From Felis catus (taxonomy: Eukaryota), in contig NC_058373.1 of NCBI RefSeq assembly GCF_018350175.1, forward strand, positions 103,108,001 to 103,172,000: a stretch of 64,000 nt of DNA, given 5' to 3'. The position numbers and the translations under genes were made by a program. Shown piece by piece: positions 25,860 through 38,877 of the stretch. The first letter of the stretch is position 1. Each line of letters begins with the position of its first letter. The notes under the pieces were generated by a model. It was not told the DNA's origin, made no database searches, and saw only the letters and a program-made list of their open reading frames with translations.

Positions 25860-27270
25860 TGCATAATGCCTGTCACCTTAAGAATATCCCTCTGTGACCC
25901 CTCTTCCTCTTCTACTCATACCCCATTTTTCTCCTTTCCGTTAGAGTAAAGCCCTTTGAAGAGGCATCTGTTCTTGCAACCTCCAAATGCTTCTCTCTCC
26001 CTCTCCCCTGAACCCACTCCAGGCAGACTTGAGGTCCCATTCCTCCACTGACATTGCTGAAGGTCACCAATGACTTATAGTTTTGCAAATCTAATGTAAC
26101 TTTTCAGACCTCATCTTAATTGACCTATGAGCAGTCTTGGACCAAGTCAATGCCATTTTTCTTCCTTGGAACACTTTCTTCTCTTGGCTTCCAGGTTCTT
26201 CTGGTATTCCTCCTACTTCATTGGTCAGGCTTTTCTTCATCTCTCCAGACTCTAAATCTTGGACTTTGCCAGAGCTCAGCCATGGTATTGCCTACTTTCA
26301 GAATTACGTTTGCTCTCTTGGTGAGTGTTTCCAGTATTATGGCTTTAGGTGTATCTCTGTACTGATGACTCCCAACATTGTATATGCACTCGAGAACTTT
26401 CTCTTAAATTAACAAAAGCCCATTTGACATCTCCAGTTGAATTGGCACCTCAAACTTAATGCGTCATTCTCCCTGAAACCAGCTTCTCCTGTAGTCAGTT
26501 TAGGGCTACGGTGTCTTCTAGTTACTTCAGCCAAAAGATATTAGGGGCATCCTTGACTCCTGCCTCTCTCACACATTCTATACATGACCTTGCAGCCATT
26601 GCTGTGACTCTACCTTCAAAACGTATGTGGCATTCACTCTTCCCCCTCCTGCTACGGTCCTGGTCCAACTCCCCATCATCTTTCACTGCTGCAGTAGTCC
26701 CTCTGCTTCTAGCCTTGCCCCTCTGCAGATTCTTCTTATTCCACTAGCCAGAGATTTCCTATTAGAACATAAAATTTCATCGTGATGCGCCTCGCTTAAA
26801 ACCTTCCAAGGCCTTCCCATCTCATCCGGAAGAAAAGCCAGGTCCACACAATGATGCCCTGTTAACCTCTTGACCCCATTTTCTACTAATCTCCCCCTCC
26901 ATAACCCCAGGGAAGCCACACTGATTCCTTGCTCAAACACACCTGAGACGCGCTGCTGCCCCAAGGCCTTTGCATTTGCTGTTCCCTCCACCTGGATTGC
27001 TCCTCTCCCAGACAGCCTTATGGTCAGATCCCTCACTTCCTTATTTATTCCGATATAACCATTTCAGGAAAGCCTATCCTTTTCTGCTTCATTTTTTCCC
27101 CCTCTCAACACTTTATCTAACTATACAGTTTACTTACCTTGTTTATTGTCTTCCTCACTAGAATGATTGTCCCACTGGATCAGACATTGTTCTGTTTGGC
27201 TCACAACTTTATTCCAGCACCTAGAACAGTGCCTGGCACATAGTATTTGTTGAAAGATTGAATGCATGGA
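25860..27270 (+). mobile_element. L2 (ORF2 3' part plus tail)
   Basis: Ends CCAGCACCTAGAACAGTGCCTGGCACATAGTATTTGTTGAAAGATTGAATG. Upstream L2 motifs include AAGGTCACCAATGAC and CACCTCAAACTTAA. Confidence 0.8.
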
Positions 27271-28220
27271 TTTTCCTAATTAAGTATATTTGAATAGCCA
27301 AAGAAATTACCATCAAATTTTTTTAAAACGATATTTTAGGGGGCAAGTGGGAAAGATCTATTGATCCAGAGTATTTAAATTCATGTCAGAGACATCACCC
27401 ATCTCTGGGTGGTAACTAGTACCTGGTAACTTTACCCATGGTAAAGAACGAGGTTATCAGGGGTAGTGTTTTCTTAGTTGCAGGCTGACGGTAGGCCTCT
27501 AGGCAGAGAGCCTCCTGCTGTCAATAAAGAACGACTTTTCTGACTCTAACATTAGGAATATAACTGTGGTCATGTTTGCCAAGCAAGGAATTTTGGGCAG
27601 AGTATATGGTTATGGATATGGATGGGAAAGTATGTTCTGTCAAGTATTTGACCCAGTCACATTTCCAGGGCTCAGAAACATGCACTGAATTAGATTTAAT
27701 GTGTCTTTTGTATGAGTGAGACAGGGCTTCTCTTTCTGAGCAAAAAAGCTATACTTCAAGCACCATGTATAAGAGATTTATGGGTAGTAAATATGATGTA
27801 GCAGGTGAACTTACAAAGAAATTCAAAAGTTTCCCCCCTAAAATATTAATTAAACGATTGGCTGTGTGATTTTAGCGAAGGCTCTTGGAGTTTTGGAGAT
27901 ACAGTGTCTGCATCTGGAATGTGGTAGGATATGCCAATGATTGCTGAGGCCAATTTCTACTCCTGTGTTCTTTTGACATGACATCATCTAAACCTTTTTT
28001 CTGTAAAATAATATAAAATTTGCCCTATAGCCCATATTTTGCTTAGGATCATAAGATAATGTTTCTCAAAGCTCTTGGTAAACTAAAACACTTTGCTAAT
28101 GCAAAGCATTATTATTTACTATTTACTATATATATTTACTATATATAAATATACCATTTATTACTACTGTTCTCTGTTAGTTTGATACAGTGTATTTAGA
28201 ATGCTATGTATGGCCCCCCC

Positions 28221-28446
28221 GGGGCTCCTGGGTGGCTCAGTAGGTTGAGCTTCTGACTCTTGATTTCAGCTCAGATCAGGATTCATAGGCTAGAGTCCCC
28301 CCCCCCCTTAGGCTCTGTGCTGAGCATAGAGCCTCCTTAAGATTCTGTCTCTGCCTCTCCCCACCCTCCTCCCCTCCCCAACTCATGCGCGCTCTCTCTC
28401 TCTCTCTCTCTCTCTGCCTCAAAAAAATAAAAAATAAAAAATAAAA
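28221..28446 (+). mobile_element. CAN-SINE (older subfamily)
   Basis: GGGGCTCCTGGGTGGCTCAG head, (CT)n and A-rich tail, flanked by tatggccccc. Confidence 0.88.
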
Positions 28447-28469
28447 GTCTGTTATGGCCCCCAAAATAT

Positions 28470-28901
28470 GTTTTAAGCTTTTGTTTAAATTCCAGTTAGT
28501 TAATATACAGTGTAATGTTAGTTTCAGGTATATAATACAGTGATTCAGCAATTCCATACAACACCTGGTGCTCATCACAAGTGCCCTCCTTAATCCCCAT
28601 CATCTATTTTACCCATCCCTCCACATCTCTCCTCTGGTAACCATCAGTTTGTTCTCTATAGTTAAGAGTCTTGTTTCTTGGTTTGCCTCTCTTTCTCTCT
28701 TTTTTTTTTCCCTTTGCTTGTTTGTTTTGTTTCTTAAATTCCACATATGAGTGAAATCCTATGGTATTTGTCTTTCTCTGATTTATTTCACTTTCATCAT
28801 ACTCTCTAGATCCATCCACGTCATTGCAAATGGCAAGTTTTCATTCTCTTTTATGGCTGAATAATATTCCATTGTATATGTATACCACATCTTCCTTGGG
28901 T
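28470..28901 (-). mobile_element. 5'-truncated carnivore L1 3' end
   Basis: Reverse L1_Carn-type 3'UTR with TSD ccccaaaatat (28459-28469 and 28902-28912). Confidence 0.9.
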
Positions 28902-28995
28902 CCCCAAAATATTTCTAGGAAACCATAAAACCCTAGTGAAGAGCAAATTTGACTATGCTAATACATACAGTACTTAGATAATTGTCCTTTGAACT

Positions 28996-29152
28996 TTTTA
29001 AAGTTTATTTGAGAGAGAGCACAGGGTAGAGGCAGAGAGAAAGGGAGAGAGAGAAACCTAAGCAGGCTCCACTCAAACTCACGAATGGAGAGATCATGAC
29101 CTGAGCTGAAATCAAGAGTTGGACGCTTAACTGACTGAGCCACCCAAGTGCC
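28996..29152 (-). mobile_element. CAN-SINE with internal deletion
   Basis: Reverse SINE with TSD gtcctt(t/c)gaa. Confidence 0.85.
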
Positions 29153-29189
29153 GTCCTTCGAATTTTTTAAGTAAAGTAATTTCTAAGGC

Positions 29190-29710
29190 TGTATTAGTTA
29201 TTATTGTTGTAGCTGTATATGACAGATAACATAACTCAAATCAGCCCATGTAAAAACTTGAATAAAAACTGGAGAGTCCAGGGGAAATCAGCTTCTGATG
29301 TGGCTTGTTTAGCCTTACATAATGTGACCAGAAACTGATTACTCTCCTTTCTCCACATCAGCTTCTTCCATACCAGGTCTAATCACAGGCCTTCTCTGGT
29401 CATCAAGTGTCTTCTACAAGTCCTCAAGGTGACATCCTTCCAAGTTTGAATACAACAGGAAATAGCAAAGCCTTGGGTACATCCAGTATTAACAAACATC
29501 CAGGAAGTCACATACAGTCTCCTGTACCAATTTCTGTGACCAGGAGAAATACAATATGTTGATTGATTTAAGCCTCAGTATAAACTCTATCCTAAGGCAG
29601 GCTGGACCCCTGCCCAGTTCTTCAGGAGTAGGAGTGAATAGAAGCGGATCCTCTCCCCAAACTGGTCCATTGGCACAAGAAGAGAGAGTCATTGCTGAAG
29701 AGGCAGGCCA
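29190..29710 (-). mobile_element. MLT1-family (MaLR) LTR remnant
   Basis: TGTATTAGTTATTATTGTTGTAGCTGTATATGACAGA... start typical of MLT1J/K; highly degenerate. Confidence 0.45.
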
Positions 29711-31954
29711 CATGTATACATCTCATAAGAAAAATATAGGCATCAACTCTTGCCATGGCTACTATATACACTCTCCAGTTGCCAAGAAAGCAGCACATCC
29801 TTTTACTGTGCCAGCGAGCAGGCTGTTGGGAGACCATATTAACTTTTGTTAATAGAAAGCTCTGAGTTTGCGGAGTAGAGCCAAATCTCCCCCAAGAGCC
29901 TGTGCGCTCAGCTGTGTTTATCTTGTCCTTGCTTCCAGGTAAAGCTGCCTGGATCGGATCAGCCATGCCATTAACTGCCATGAAAAGTACGTACCGCTCA
30001 CAGGCTTTGGTACAGATGTGTTCCGGGCCACCACGGTTAGGCATTGCTCCCGCACGGTCCGAGGGAGAGAACCGTCTATCCTCCAAGAGCAAATTAAACA
30101 CAACTTTGTGGGTTTCGTGGTTAGCTGCCAACAAGAAGACTGATCTCTGAATTAATAGTTCATGACAGGATGACTCCGGAGTTCTTGGCAGAAAGCAGTG
30201 TTTCCAATACTAATGCTCCTTATGGCAAGAGGAGGCATGTATGCTAAGTAGCCCATATTCCCTGGTAGTGTTTGCATAAAGGATCAGCTCTATGCTTATA
30301 TTCAATGCCAAGATTCCCCAAGGTGAAGGTGATGGTAGATACTCAGCATGAATATGGTAATGTAGCTGTGCCACCACAAACCCCGTGAACAGTGTAACTG
30401 TGGAGGATGTACCATCAACGTGACAGGTTTTCACATGAGATTACTCTCTCCTATGAATATGAATTTCCCTCCGTGGCATATGAGAACGGAATCTTATAAT
30501 GGAAGCCCTGCTACTAGGGGATTTGGTTAAGCTGTCAGACCGTTAAATAAATGGTCTCTTACAATTTGTTTATACCTCTACTGAGCACAACATTTCAATA
30601 AAGAAGGAAAATTTCAACTGCCTGAGGGGAGATGGCAAAGAGATTACAAGTCTTTGTTGGTGGCTGACCTTTATCTCATTTCGGGGACTTTATTTTTCTG
30701 AGCATGGAGGAAAAAACAGTAAAAAAGTTGCTTCTGAAGATTCTTGGAGAAATCCCACATCTGCAAAAATAGCTAGCCAAATCAGGGTCTTTCTCACAGT
30801 GATTTGGACTGGAAGGAGAAATCAAAGTCTGTAGTGTCAAAACAATCCTGTCTTTTTCCTACCTTTGTCGTGATGCCTCTTGATTTAGTGTGACGCTAGA
30901 CCAGCCCTTGTGTGAAGGCAAGAGTAGAGAACAGAAAAGAATAAAGAACACTAAGTTTCACGTGATTTTCCTTGCAGACTGTTTGCCTGCCTACATTTTT
31001 TTTTTTTTTCCAGTTTGTGTGATTGCTAAATTTTACCCCAGGGTGTTTGTCACCAAAAACGATTACCAGAAAGTTTGGCTAGCAATGAAAAAAATGGCTA
31101 GTTTGCTCAAAAGCAACTGCTCTGGCGAATTTCGATGTTTCCAACAGCCAGAACCATCCGGTCTCCATAAGAGACTCATCTCTGGCCATGGCTGTCCTCC
31201 TGCATATGAAACATGTGGAAAGGGATTGGCTGAAGCATGTCAGGGTGGCCCTTGATATATTTACTTATAACGGGCTTGGCAAAGATATCCCAAGCAAGCT
31301 TTTTCTCAAAAAGTTCTGGGGAGACAACTATTTGCCATTCATCAAAGGCAGGCAGCTGAGAGCCATGGCTAAGTGTTCAGATGCTGGGATCAGATGGCCC
31401 TAAACTGTGTGACTGTGCAAGTTACTAAATTCTCTCTGATCTGTTTTATCATCTCTAACATGAGGGCGGTGCTAGTATCCAATGCAGCATTGTCATGGGA
31501 AATACAGAAGGTAATGGGCATAAAGTTCTTAGCATAGTTTCAGACCCCTGATAGGGGCACATGAGTGCTCACTAAATGTTAACTATTATTATTACTTCCT
31601 GATTTACCTTAAATACTTGCTTTTGCTTCTGTGGGTTGAAAACTATAAAGACAGATAAAAACTGTAATAATGTTGGGAGATGCTTGTCCCCATGTTTTCA
31701 GAGATGAAGATAACCAATCTGTTCCTCTTAAAAAAATATAACATATTAGAAATTCAAGATTGTAAGCCCAAGAACCAAATAGAAGGAGTGAGGGATTTTA
31801 ATTTGGGAGCTAACATAAGGTTTAGTTTCAGATTATCCTCATGGAACATATCATTAGTTATTTACTTGTACTGTTGCAGAAAAAAAAAAAACCTTCTAAA
31901 AAGTGCTGGACACTGCTGTGAAGCCAAAGTAGAAGTATAAAAATTTCCCAGTCA

Positions 31955-31955
<1 letters not shown>

Positions 31956-31995
<40 letters not shown>
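31956..31995. repeat. (CA)n microsatellite, ~20 units
   Basis: Directly visible. Confidence 0.97.
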
Positions 31996-31998
<3 letters not shown>

Positions 31999-33409
31999 GA
32001 GAATTGAAGTTTTTCTCTGACCAGAACAGCTCCTTACCTCTTTGTGTGGCTTCTGGATTTGCTGAAACGTTTCTCTTAATGGTGTTGCATCTGATAAAGG
32101 GATTTAAAAATGTAAAAGTTTTGTCTGCATGGACTCCACAGAGCCAGCCATATCCCCAGGGTACAGGACGGGGCTGGGGGCTCTGTGGCTGAGATAAAAA
32201 ACCCTGAAGGCCCCAATTTCCACAGCTCTGTAGGTCAGCACCAGCAGCCAGCAAGAAGGCAAGGACAGAAGCATTTGTCAGGCAGTGGGTGTAGGCCATG
32301 CACATTTGTGTCGCCTGGCAAAAGGGCTGACCAGGTATCCTCTCCTTCAAATGGTGCAGAGCCAATTACAAATACATACATACAATTGCATACAATTACA
32401 AAATGCATACATACATACAGATACATACAATTACAAAATAAGTACATAAACATGCACTCTTAAGAGTGATGCAGGCACAGAAAAATAAAGATTCCCCTTG
32501 CCCTTCTTTGAGGAGAAAAAATATCCTTCACATTTCCTTTCTGCGAGAAAGAGGCATATGAAATATTAACTAGGGAAAATAGGTGGTGAGGCAAGAAATA
32601 TCTTTATTTCCCCAGACAATGATCTTTGGAATTTCCTTCGTAGGAGTTAAAATGGAACACGAAGGAAAAACCAAAGCCTTCCTTTGTGACCCCACACATT
32701 CGCGGTGACGGACGGGGTGGCCACCGCAGGATGATTTCCAGGCAGTGATTGTTGAATCGTGGTCTCAGGTGGTGTATTGCAGGTCACCAAGGCTTTGGCT
32801 GCAAATGGAAGAAGGCCATTTAGCAGTGTGGTGCATTGCTAATTAGTGGCAGATTTGGCTGGTGTCTGTGGGCGAGGAAGCCTGAGCTGACTCTGGCCCC
32901 ATCTGCTGTGAAAATAATGATGACCAAATTTCCGAAAGACTTTTCTTTCATAGGGAGCCCCTATTTGGTCTTTCACAGGACAAGTAACTGTGACGATTTT
33001 TATTCTCATCATGGCGAGTGTTTTTTTGTTGTGTTTTGGTTTTCGTTTAATGTGCAGGGGAGTTTCCTCCATGATGTTTTTGTCTTGGGGCTGGTTAAAG
33101 AGCCCCACCCAAATTTGAGAAGGGGTTCTGTTTCCTTTGCTAATGTGATTCTCCCTCAAACCCTGAACTCTACAGAAAGTATCTGAGAAAAAGGGATCAA
33201 AACTCAGTGCTTCAGGGTTAAGTAGCTTCCCTTTATTCTACCGACCTCAGTTCATCCTTTACTGTGGTACGGAAGCCACACCGCCAAAAGCTCATTTGCT
33301 GGGGGCTGCTTTTCTCGGAGAGAGTGTCAGGAGATCCTCCCTGTTCTTATGGTGGTTTTTGAACTGGGAATCTTATTTTATCTTGTTTCTATGTGTGTTT
33401 GCTTGCTTG

Positions 33410-33643
33410 TTTGTTTTTTTAATTTTTTTTTAATGTTTATTTATTTTTGAGAGAGAGAGAGAGAGACAGGGAAAAGCCTGAGTGGGGGAGGGGCAGAGAG
33501 AGAGGGAGACACAGAATCCGAAGCGGGCTCCAGGCTCTGAGCTGTCAGCACAGAGTCCCGACACAGGGCTCAAACTCACAAACAGTGATATCATGACCCG
33601 AGCTGAAGTTGGTGTTTAAGCTACTGAGCCACCAGGTGCCCCT
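33410..33643 (-). mobile_element. CAN-SINE
   Basis: Reverse SINE ending CCACCAGGTGCCCC. Confidence 0.92.
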
Positions 33644-33721
33644 GCTTGCCGTTTTAGTCAGGCGGTAATTGCTCATTTTTTCTTGTTGATTCATATTTAG
33701 CTGGGATTAAAAACCAGAATA

Positions 33722-33910
33722 GGGTCGCCTGGGTGGTTCAGTCCATTAAGCATCTGGCTCTTGATTTGGGCTCAGGTCATGATCTCATAGTTCATGAGAT
33801 CAAGCCTTGCATTGGGCTCTGCGCTGACAGTGTGGAGCCTGCTTGGAGTTCTCTCTCTGCCCCTCCCTTGCTTACACTCCTTCTTTCTCTATCAAAATAA
33901 ATAAATAAAA
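33722..33910 (+). mobile_element. CAN-SINE (older subfamily)
   Basis: GGGTCGCCTGGGTGGTTCAG head with an A-rich tail that degenerates into AAAC-type repeats. Confidence 0.88.
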
Positions 33911-34814
33911 ACAACAACAAAACAGAGCAAAGCAAATAAACAGAAAAGCAAACACAAGAAAACAAAAACCGTGTGTGGCTTTTCTCTGATCCCGTATACA
34001 GATTCCAAAAATAAGTAAGTAAGCAAAGGTACAGACATTTTTTATTTTTCTTTTTCCTTTTCCTAAAGGACTGGGCAAAGATATATCCACTCACCCCTCC
34101 CCTCTTTTTTTTAATGTTCTTGTGTCACCTAATCTCTTCCTGGCTTTTCTCGGAGCTTTTATGCATAGCTTTCATTAGCTGGATACTTCTAATAACTCCC
34201 AGCAACTCATTTTCAGCAAGTTAAAAAAAATCCAGTAAGAATGCAAGAGTTGTATACCACTTGCTGCAGATAACCATTTCTCTGTTAATGAAGTCATTAT
34301 GATCTCATTGCTATGAGAAGGATTTTTGCCTGTATATCCATCCACCCTGTAGACCAGAATAATGAAAACTGCAAGAACCTTTGCTGATGGGCACACCTTT
34401 GAGTTTACAAAGATTAATGATTTTAAAATTGACTCTACAGACCACTAGTAATGAAATTGACCATATCCAATTTCAAAAGCCCTAAGACCAGAGAGAAATT
34501 GCAAATTAGCGAAGAAAAGAGAGTGTGCTCCCGGTGATGTGGAGCCCAAGCTAACGTTGGCCCACTGGAGTGTTGTAGAATGCAGCAGGTTAGGTTAAGA
34601 TTGTAGCGGGGGGAGGGGGGAGTGCTAAAGGTCAGCCTGGACATGAAATGTGAGGACAGCTTTAGGAGACATTTGTTTGCAATTCACAAAGTACTTGAAG
34701 TAGTGACAGGACAGTGACCATTTGATGATACTAGTTCTGATCATTAGTTACTATATCCTACTGGCACAAGATCTAAATTAAAAATAAAAACTATTATCTT
34801 ACTTCTGTTTAAGT

Positions 34815-35100
34815 AATAATAATGGTAGCAACAATACTAGCTAATATTTACTAAATATTTGCTGTATTCCAGACACTAGGCTTACTACTGATTACACATT
34901 ACTTCACTTAGTTCTCACCAGACTCTTAGGTGGTACCTACTATTATTATTGCCTCCCTTTTACAATTGGAGAAACTAAAACTCAGCAAGGCTAAGTAGCT
35001 GGCTTGACTTAATCAGCTGTCAAGCAGTAGATGTGAGAGTTGAACCTCCATCTATTTGATTCCAAAGTATAAGCACATAGTCACTATCTTTTACTGCCTC
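34815..35100 (-). mobile_element. MIR
   Basis: CCTTTTACAATTGGAGAAACTAAAACTCAGCAAGGCTAAGTAGCT core. Other MIR fragments lie near 24770-24915, 38950-39190, 41090-41270, 41440-41600 and 46515-46750. Confidence 0.65.
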
Positions 35101-37479
35101 TGTACAGAACACTGCTGCCCTATTTTATAGATTCACATGACTGGGAAGGAACAGCCAAGATTGCCACTATGGGCAAGGCTTTGGTCAGTCATTTGAAGGT
35201 CTTTTAAATAACAAATCCAGCTTCTTGTAGGAAACTTTATCTTTGTTTAACAACCAATTTAAATTCCTCATACTGTCCTTTCAAACTCTTAGCTGTCACG
35301 TCCTTCCCCTGCGCAATTAGAAGCTCAATCATTGTGACCGGCTTCCTTCTTCAAAGACAAGAGAAGTGTTACAGTCTCCCTACCTCCTTAGTTAACATCT
35401 CCAAGCTCCTATTCAACATTCAGCAAACCCCTTCACACTGTAACATTTGAGCACCTTCCTGGTTGAGTTATAGAATCCGTGGTACTCAAAGCCTGGACCC
35501 ATCAACCAAGTGATTTTAAATTCTAAGGTGTAAATCATAGAGAAGAAATATGTGTAAGTCCTCTCTCAATGTCCTCATGTAAATCAATTTTCTTTTCAAA
35601 TATTGCAACGTGGGATTTATAATTCAACTGAGAAAGAATTTATTTAAGTGTATTGTCAAGTACAGGCTTTCCTAGTCCTGATGGGTTAAAGAAAAAAGGC
35701 TATTTTAAAGACTTAACTTTTAGGAGATCTAAAACTTTTTATGCTCCCCTATTTCTCTTCTCTTCTCCCCCAACACCCCATCCCATTCAACATTTCTTTA
35801 TAGCTTCTCAGCAATACCACTTTTAAATTGAATGCATGCTACGTAGTAACAAGAGCTAAAGAGTGGTGTGCATACTGGATTGATTTTCAATTTCTTTTCA
35901 AGAAAAACTAAGAAAGCTTGGCTCAAAAGAAGGGCAATCAGAGATAGAGCATTCTGGCTATTTCTCTCTCAACACTCAGTGCTTGGTTTTGGTTCCTTAT
36001 TTTTTTTTTTTTTTCGTCTTTGAGTCTTAGTACACATTTCAGACTATAGCCTCACCTGTACTACGCCTCCTTGGGCTTAGCGGTCTTGGCCAGTCTCCAA
36101 GTGAATTCTATTTCTGTCATATAATATTAGAAAAACAAAAGTAGTTTGCCATCTCAAGCACTAGAAAAGTGTGCCGTTTTACTTTCTTGTAACCCTCCCT
36201 GTCCTGTCTTTCTCTCCTACTCCATTAAGTTTCAGAGCAGTTAGAATACCCAGGCCTAAGTTTTTACTATAAACAAAGCTCCCTCAAGTCCAGAAAAAAT
36301 AAAGGGGAGCAGACAAATGACTTCTTCTGTCTTTACATGATGGCTTTATCCATTTAAAGAGCCAACTGCAACTGTGGGTCTGCATTTCTGTTGCAAACCT
36401 ACAGTTTCCTTTGGCATAATTTTTTCAGATGGCGTAATTTTTTTTGTAGCCATGTCACAGTCCATCTAAATTTGAATATGTGAGACGTGAGAACCCAGAG
36501 TTAGATTTTCTGGCTTATTTCTATAGCAACTGGAATACAGCACTAGATACAGGGGAGTCACTCCATAAACATGTGCCAATTTCTGCACCTCTCAGCCTTA
36601 CGAAGATGCTGGAACATTTGAGCAGTTCCAAAGAGAGGTGGATGAGAATGACGAGCACAAGAAGGCAAAAGCGATGCGTTGTCACTGATAGCTTGGGTGT
36701 CTGGAGCCCCCGTAAGTTAGGAGTGTGTGAGCTGATGTCATCTACTGATTACTATGGAAAATGAAAGGGAGATCCCAGTAAATGCACCAGGAAGAAAACG
36801 TTTCGGAAACAGATGGAAATATACAACCGGAAGCGTCATTGCTGTTGAAAATGAAAGGATGGGGAACTGTGACCAAAATTTTGATAATATCATTCAATTT
36901 AAAAAATCTATGTGTGCACAGATGACGACGGAAGGAACAGTGCTGCCGAAGTGCTCCCTCACAGATGAGAGATGGGCTACGGTATGGTATCGGTTGAGAC
37001 CCGACAAAGGAGCACGCGTGGGACGGGACGGAGGAAAACCACAAAAATGGTGTTTTTATGTCTTACGGCACTTCCGGCAGCCTTGCTTCCTTCCCTCTTC
37101 CGTCTGAGTCAGCCGCGGTGTGAAAGCTAGGGCTCAGAGGCCTTGCGCTCTGCAGACACAGCGGCAGAGCCAGGGAAGTCAAAGGAACCAGTGAAAAGTT
37201 TATGCTGTCATAAATGCATTTGGAACCATAGCCTTCCCTTCCAAAATAAAACCAACAGCAGTCTGGAAACTGATGATATAGGAAGGCACAAGAAGCTGAG
37301 TCCTACCTCTGTGACAAGAGCAAGTTACGGAACCTTCCTTAACTTCAGGTTCTTCATCTGTCGAGGCGACATCAGGTGTCTTTTTGCTTTCCTTGGGAAG
37401 AGTCATTGAAATCATGTACAAGAAAGTACCCCATGCTCAGTGGGCCTCTGGATTATGGTGGTTGGGTGAGGTTACTGGA

Positions 37480-37910
37480 TGTACTCATTTCCCGGGGATG
37501 CCATTAAAAAATGATCACAAACTGAGTGGCTTTGAACAACAGAAATGTATTCTTGTTTAGTTCTAGAGGCCAGAAGTCAAAGATCAAGGTGTCAGCAGGT
37601 CACATTCCCTTGGAAGGCTCTAGGGGACAATCTTACCTTGTTTCTTTCAGCTTCTGGTGGATCCACGTGTCCTTTGGTTTGTGGCTGCATCACTCAAATC
37701 TCTGGCTCTGTCTTCCTTATCTGCTTTTCTTATAAGGATCTTTACCATTTGATTCAGGGCTCATTCAGTTAATCCACAGGGGTATCATCTCCAGCTCTCT
37801 CACTTACTTATGTCTGCAAAGACCCTCTTTCCAAATAAGGTCACACAAACAGGTAGTGGAGGTTAGGACTTGAATGTATTTTTGGGGGTGGGCCACAATC
37901 CAGCCTACTG
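37480..37910 (-). mobile_element. MLT1A/B MaLR LTR
   Basis: CACAAACTGAGTGGCTTTGAACAACAGAAATG...GTTCTAGAGGCCAGAAGTCAAAGATCAAGGTGTCAGCAGG...GCAAAGACCCTCTTTCCAAATAAGGTCAC. Confidence 0.8.
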
Positions 37911-38683
37911 CCCTATATTTCTGAGTCCCAAGACTTCTTGGTCATTTGTAGCTTACCGTGAATTAGTCTAACCAGAGAATAAATTTATGTAAAGAACAAT
38001 GAGTGTTGTTCTGCTAAAGACTGAGGGAGGGTCTCTTGGAGCTTGGGACATTTCGGGGGAGGGAAGAGGAGAGTGGCATACCACTGGGGAGGTGGGACAT
38101 TGAGGATCCTGATAGAGGTTGTGATACCCTGTCTTGGCACTGAGGGAGGGGGTGCAGGGGAAGAAAAGTGGAATGAGAAGTGAAAGACAAACATCACCTT
38201 CCTTACATTCATTCCCAGGGCCATGGTGGTTGCTGCTGTGTGGGGCCCAGAAAATCACTTCCGTGCTGCTTTGGTACACTCGTGCCACCCAGGTCTTAGG
38301 TCTGGCCTGTTACATGAATGTGAAATGAGATATACTGTTCTCCCTAAAGAACAAGCACACCTTGGAATCAGGTGTCCAAGCCCTGTGCAATTAATAGACT
38401 GTCCTTGCTATGGTGCACAGAAGTAAGGGTATATCTGGGCTCCTGAGCCTGTATGAGGATGCTCTCTGTTAGTCCATCTCCTTGCCTAATCCTAATCCTG
38501 CTGGAAGCTGCACCTCTTCAGCTAATAATGCATGACCCAGGTAGGGACCTGACGTTGACAAAGTCCATCACCAGGTTCTTAGGTGATCTCTGGGAGTACT
38601 TCTATTGACTTGGACAGCTGTGCCTTTTCCTAGCACTCCTGGGATAACTGAAATCCAAAGGACATCTTAGAAAGAGGGATCCA

Positions 38684-38877
38684 GGGGCACCTGGGTAGCT
38701 CAGTCAGTTAAGCATCTGACTCTCGATTTCGGCTCAGGTCATGATCTCACAGTTCGTGAGTGCGAGCCTCATGTCGGGGCTCTGTACTGACAGTGTGAAG
38801 CCTGCTTGGGATTCTCTCTCTGCCCCTCCCATGTTGTGCTCTCTCTCTCTCTCAAAATATATAAATAAACTAAAAAA
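38684..38877 (+). mobile_element. CAN-SINE
   Basis: Full SINE with TSD aaagagggatc. Confidence 0.92.
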
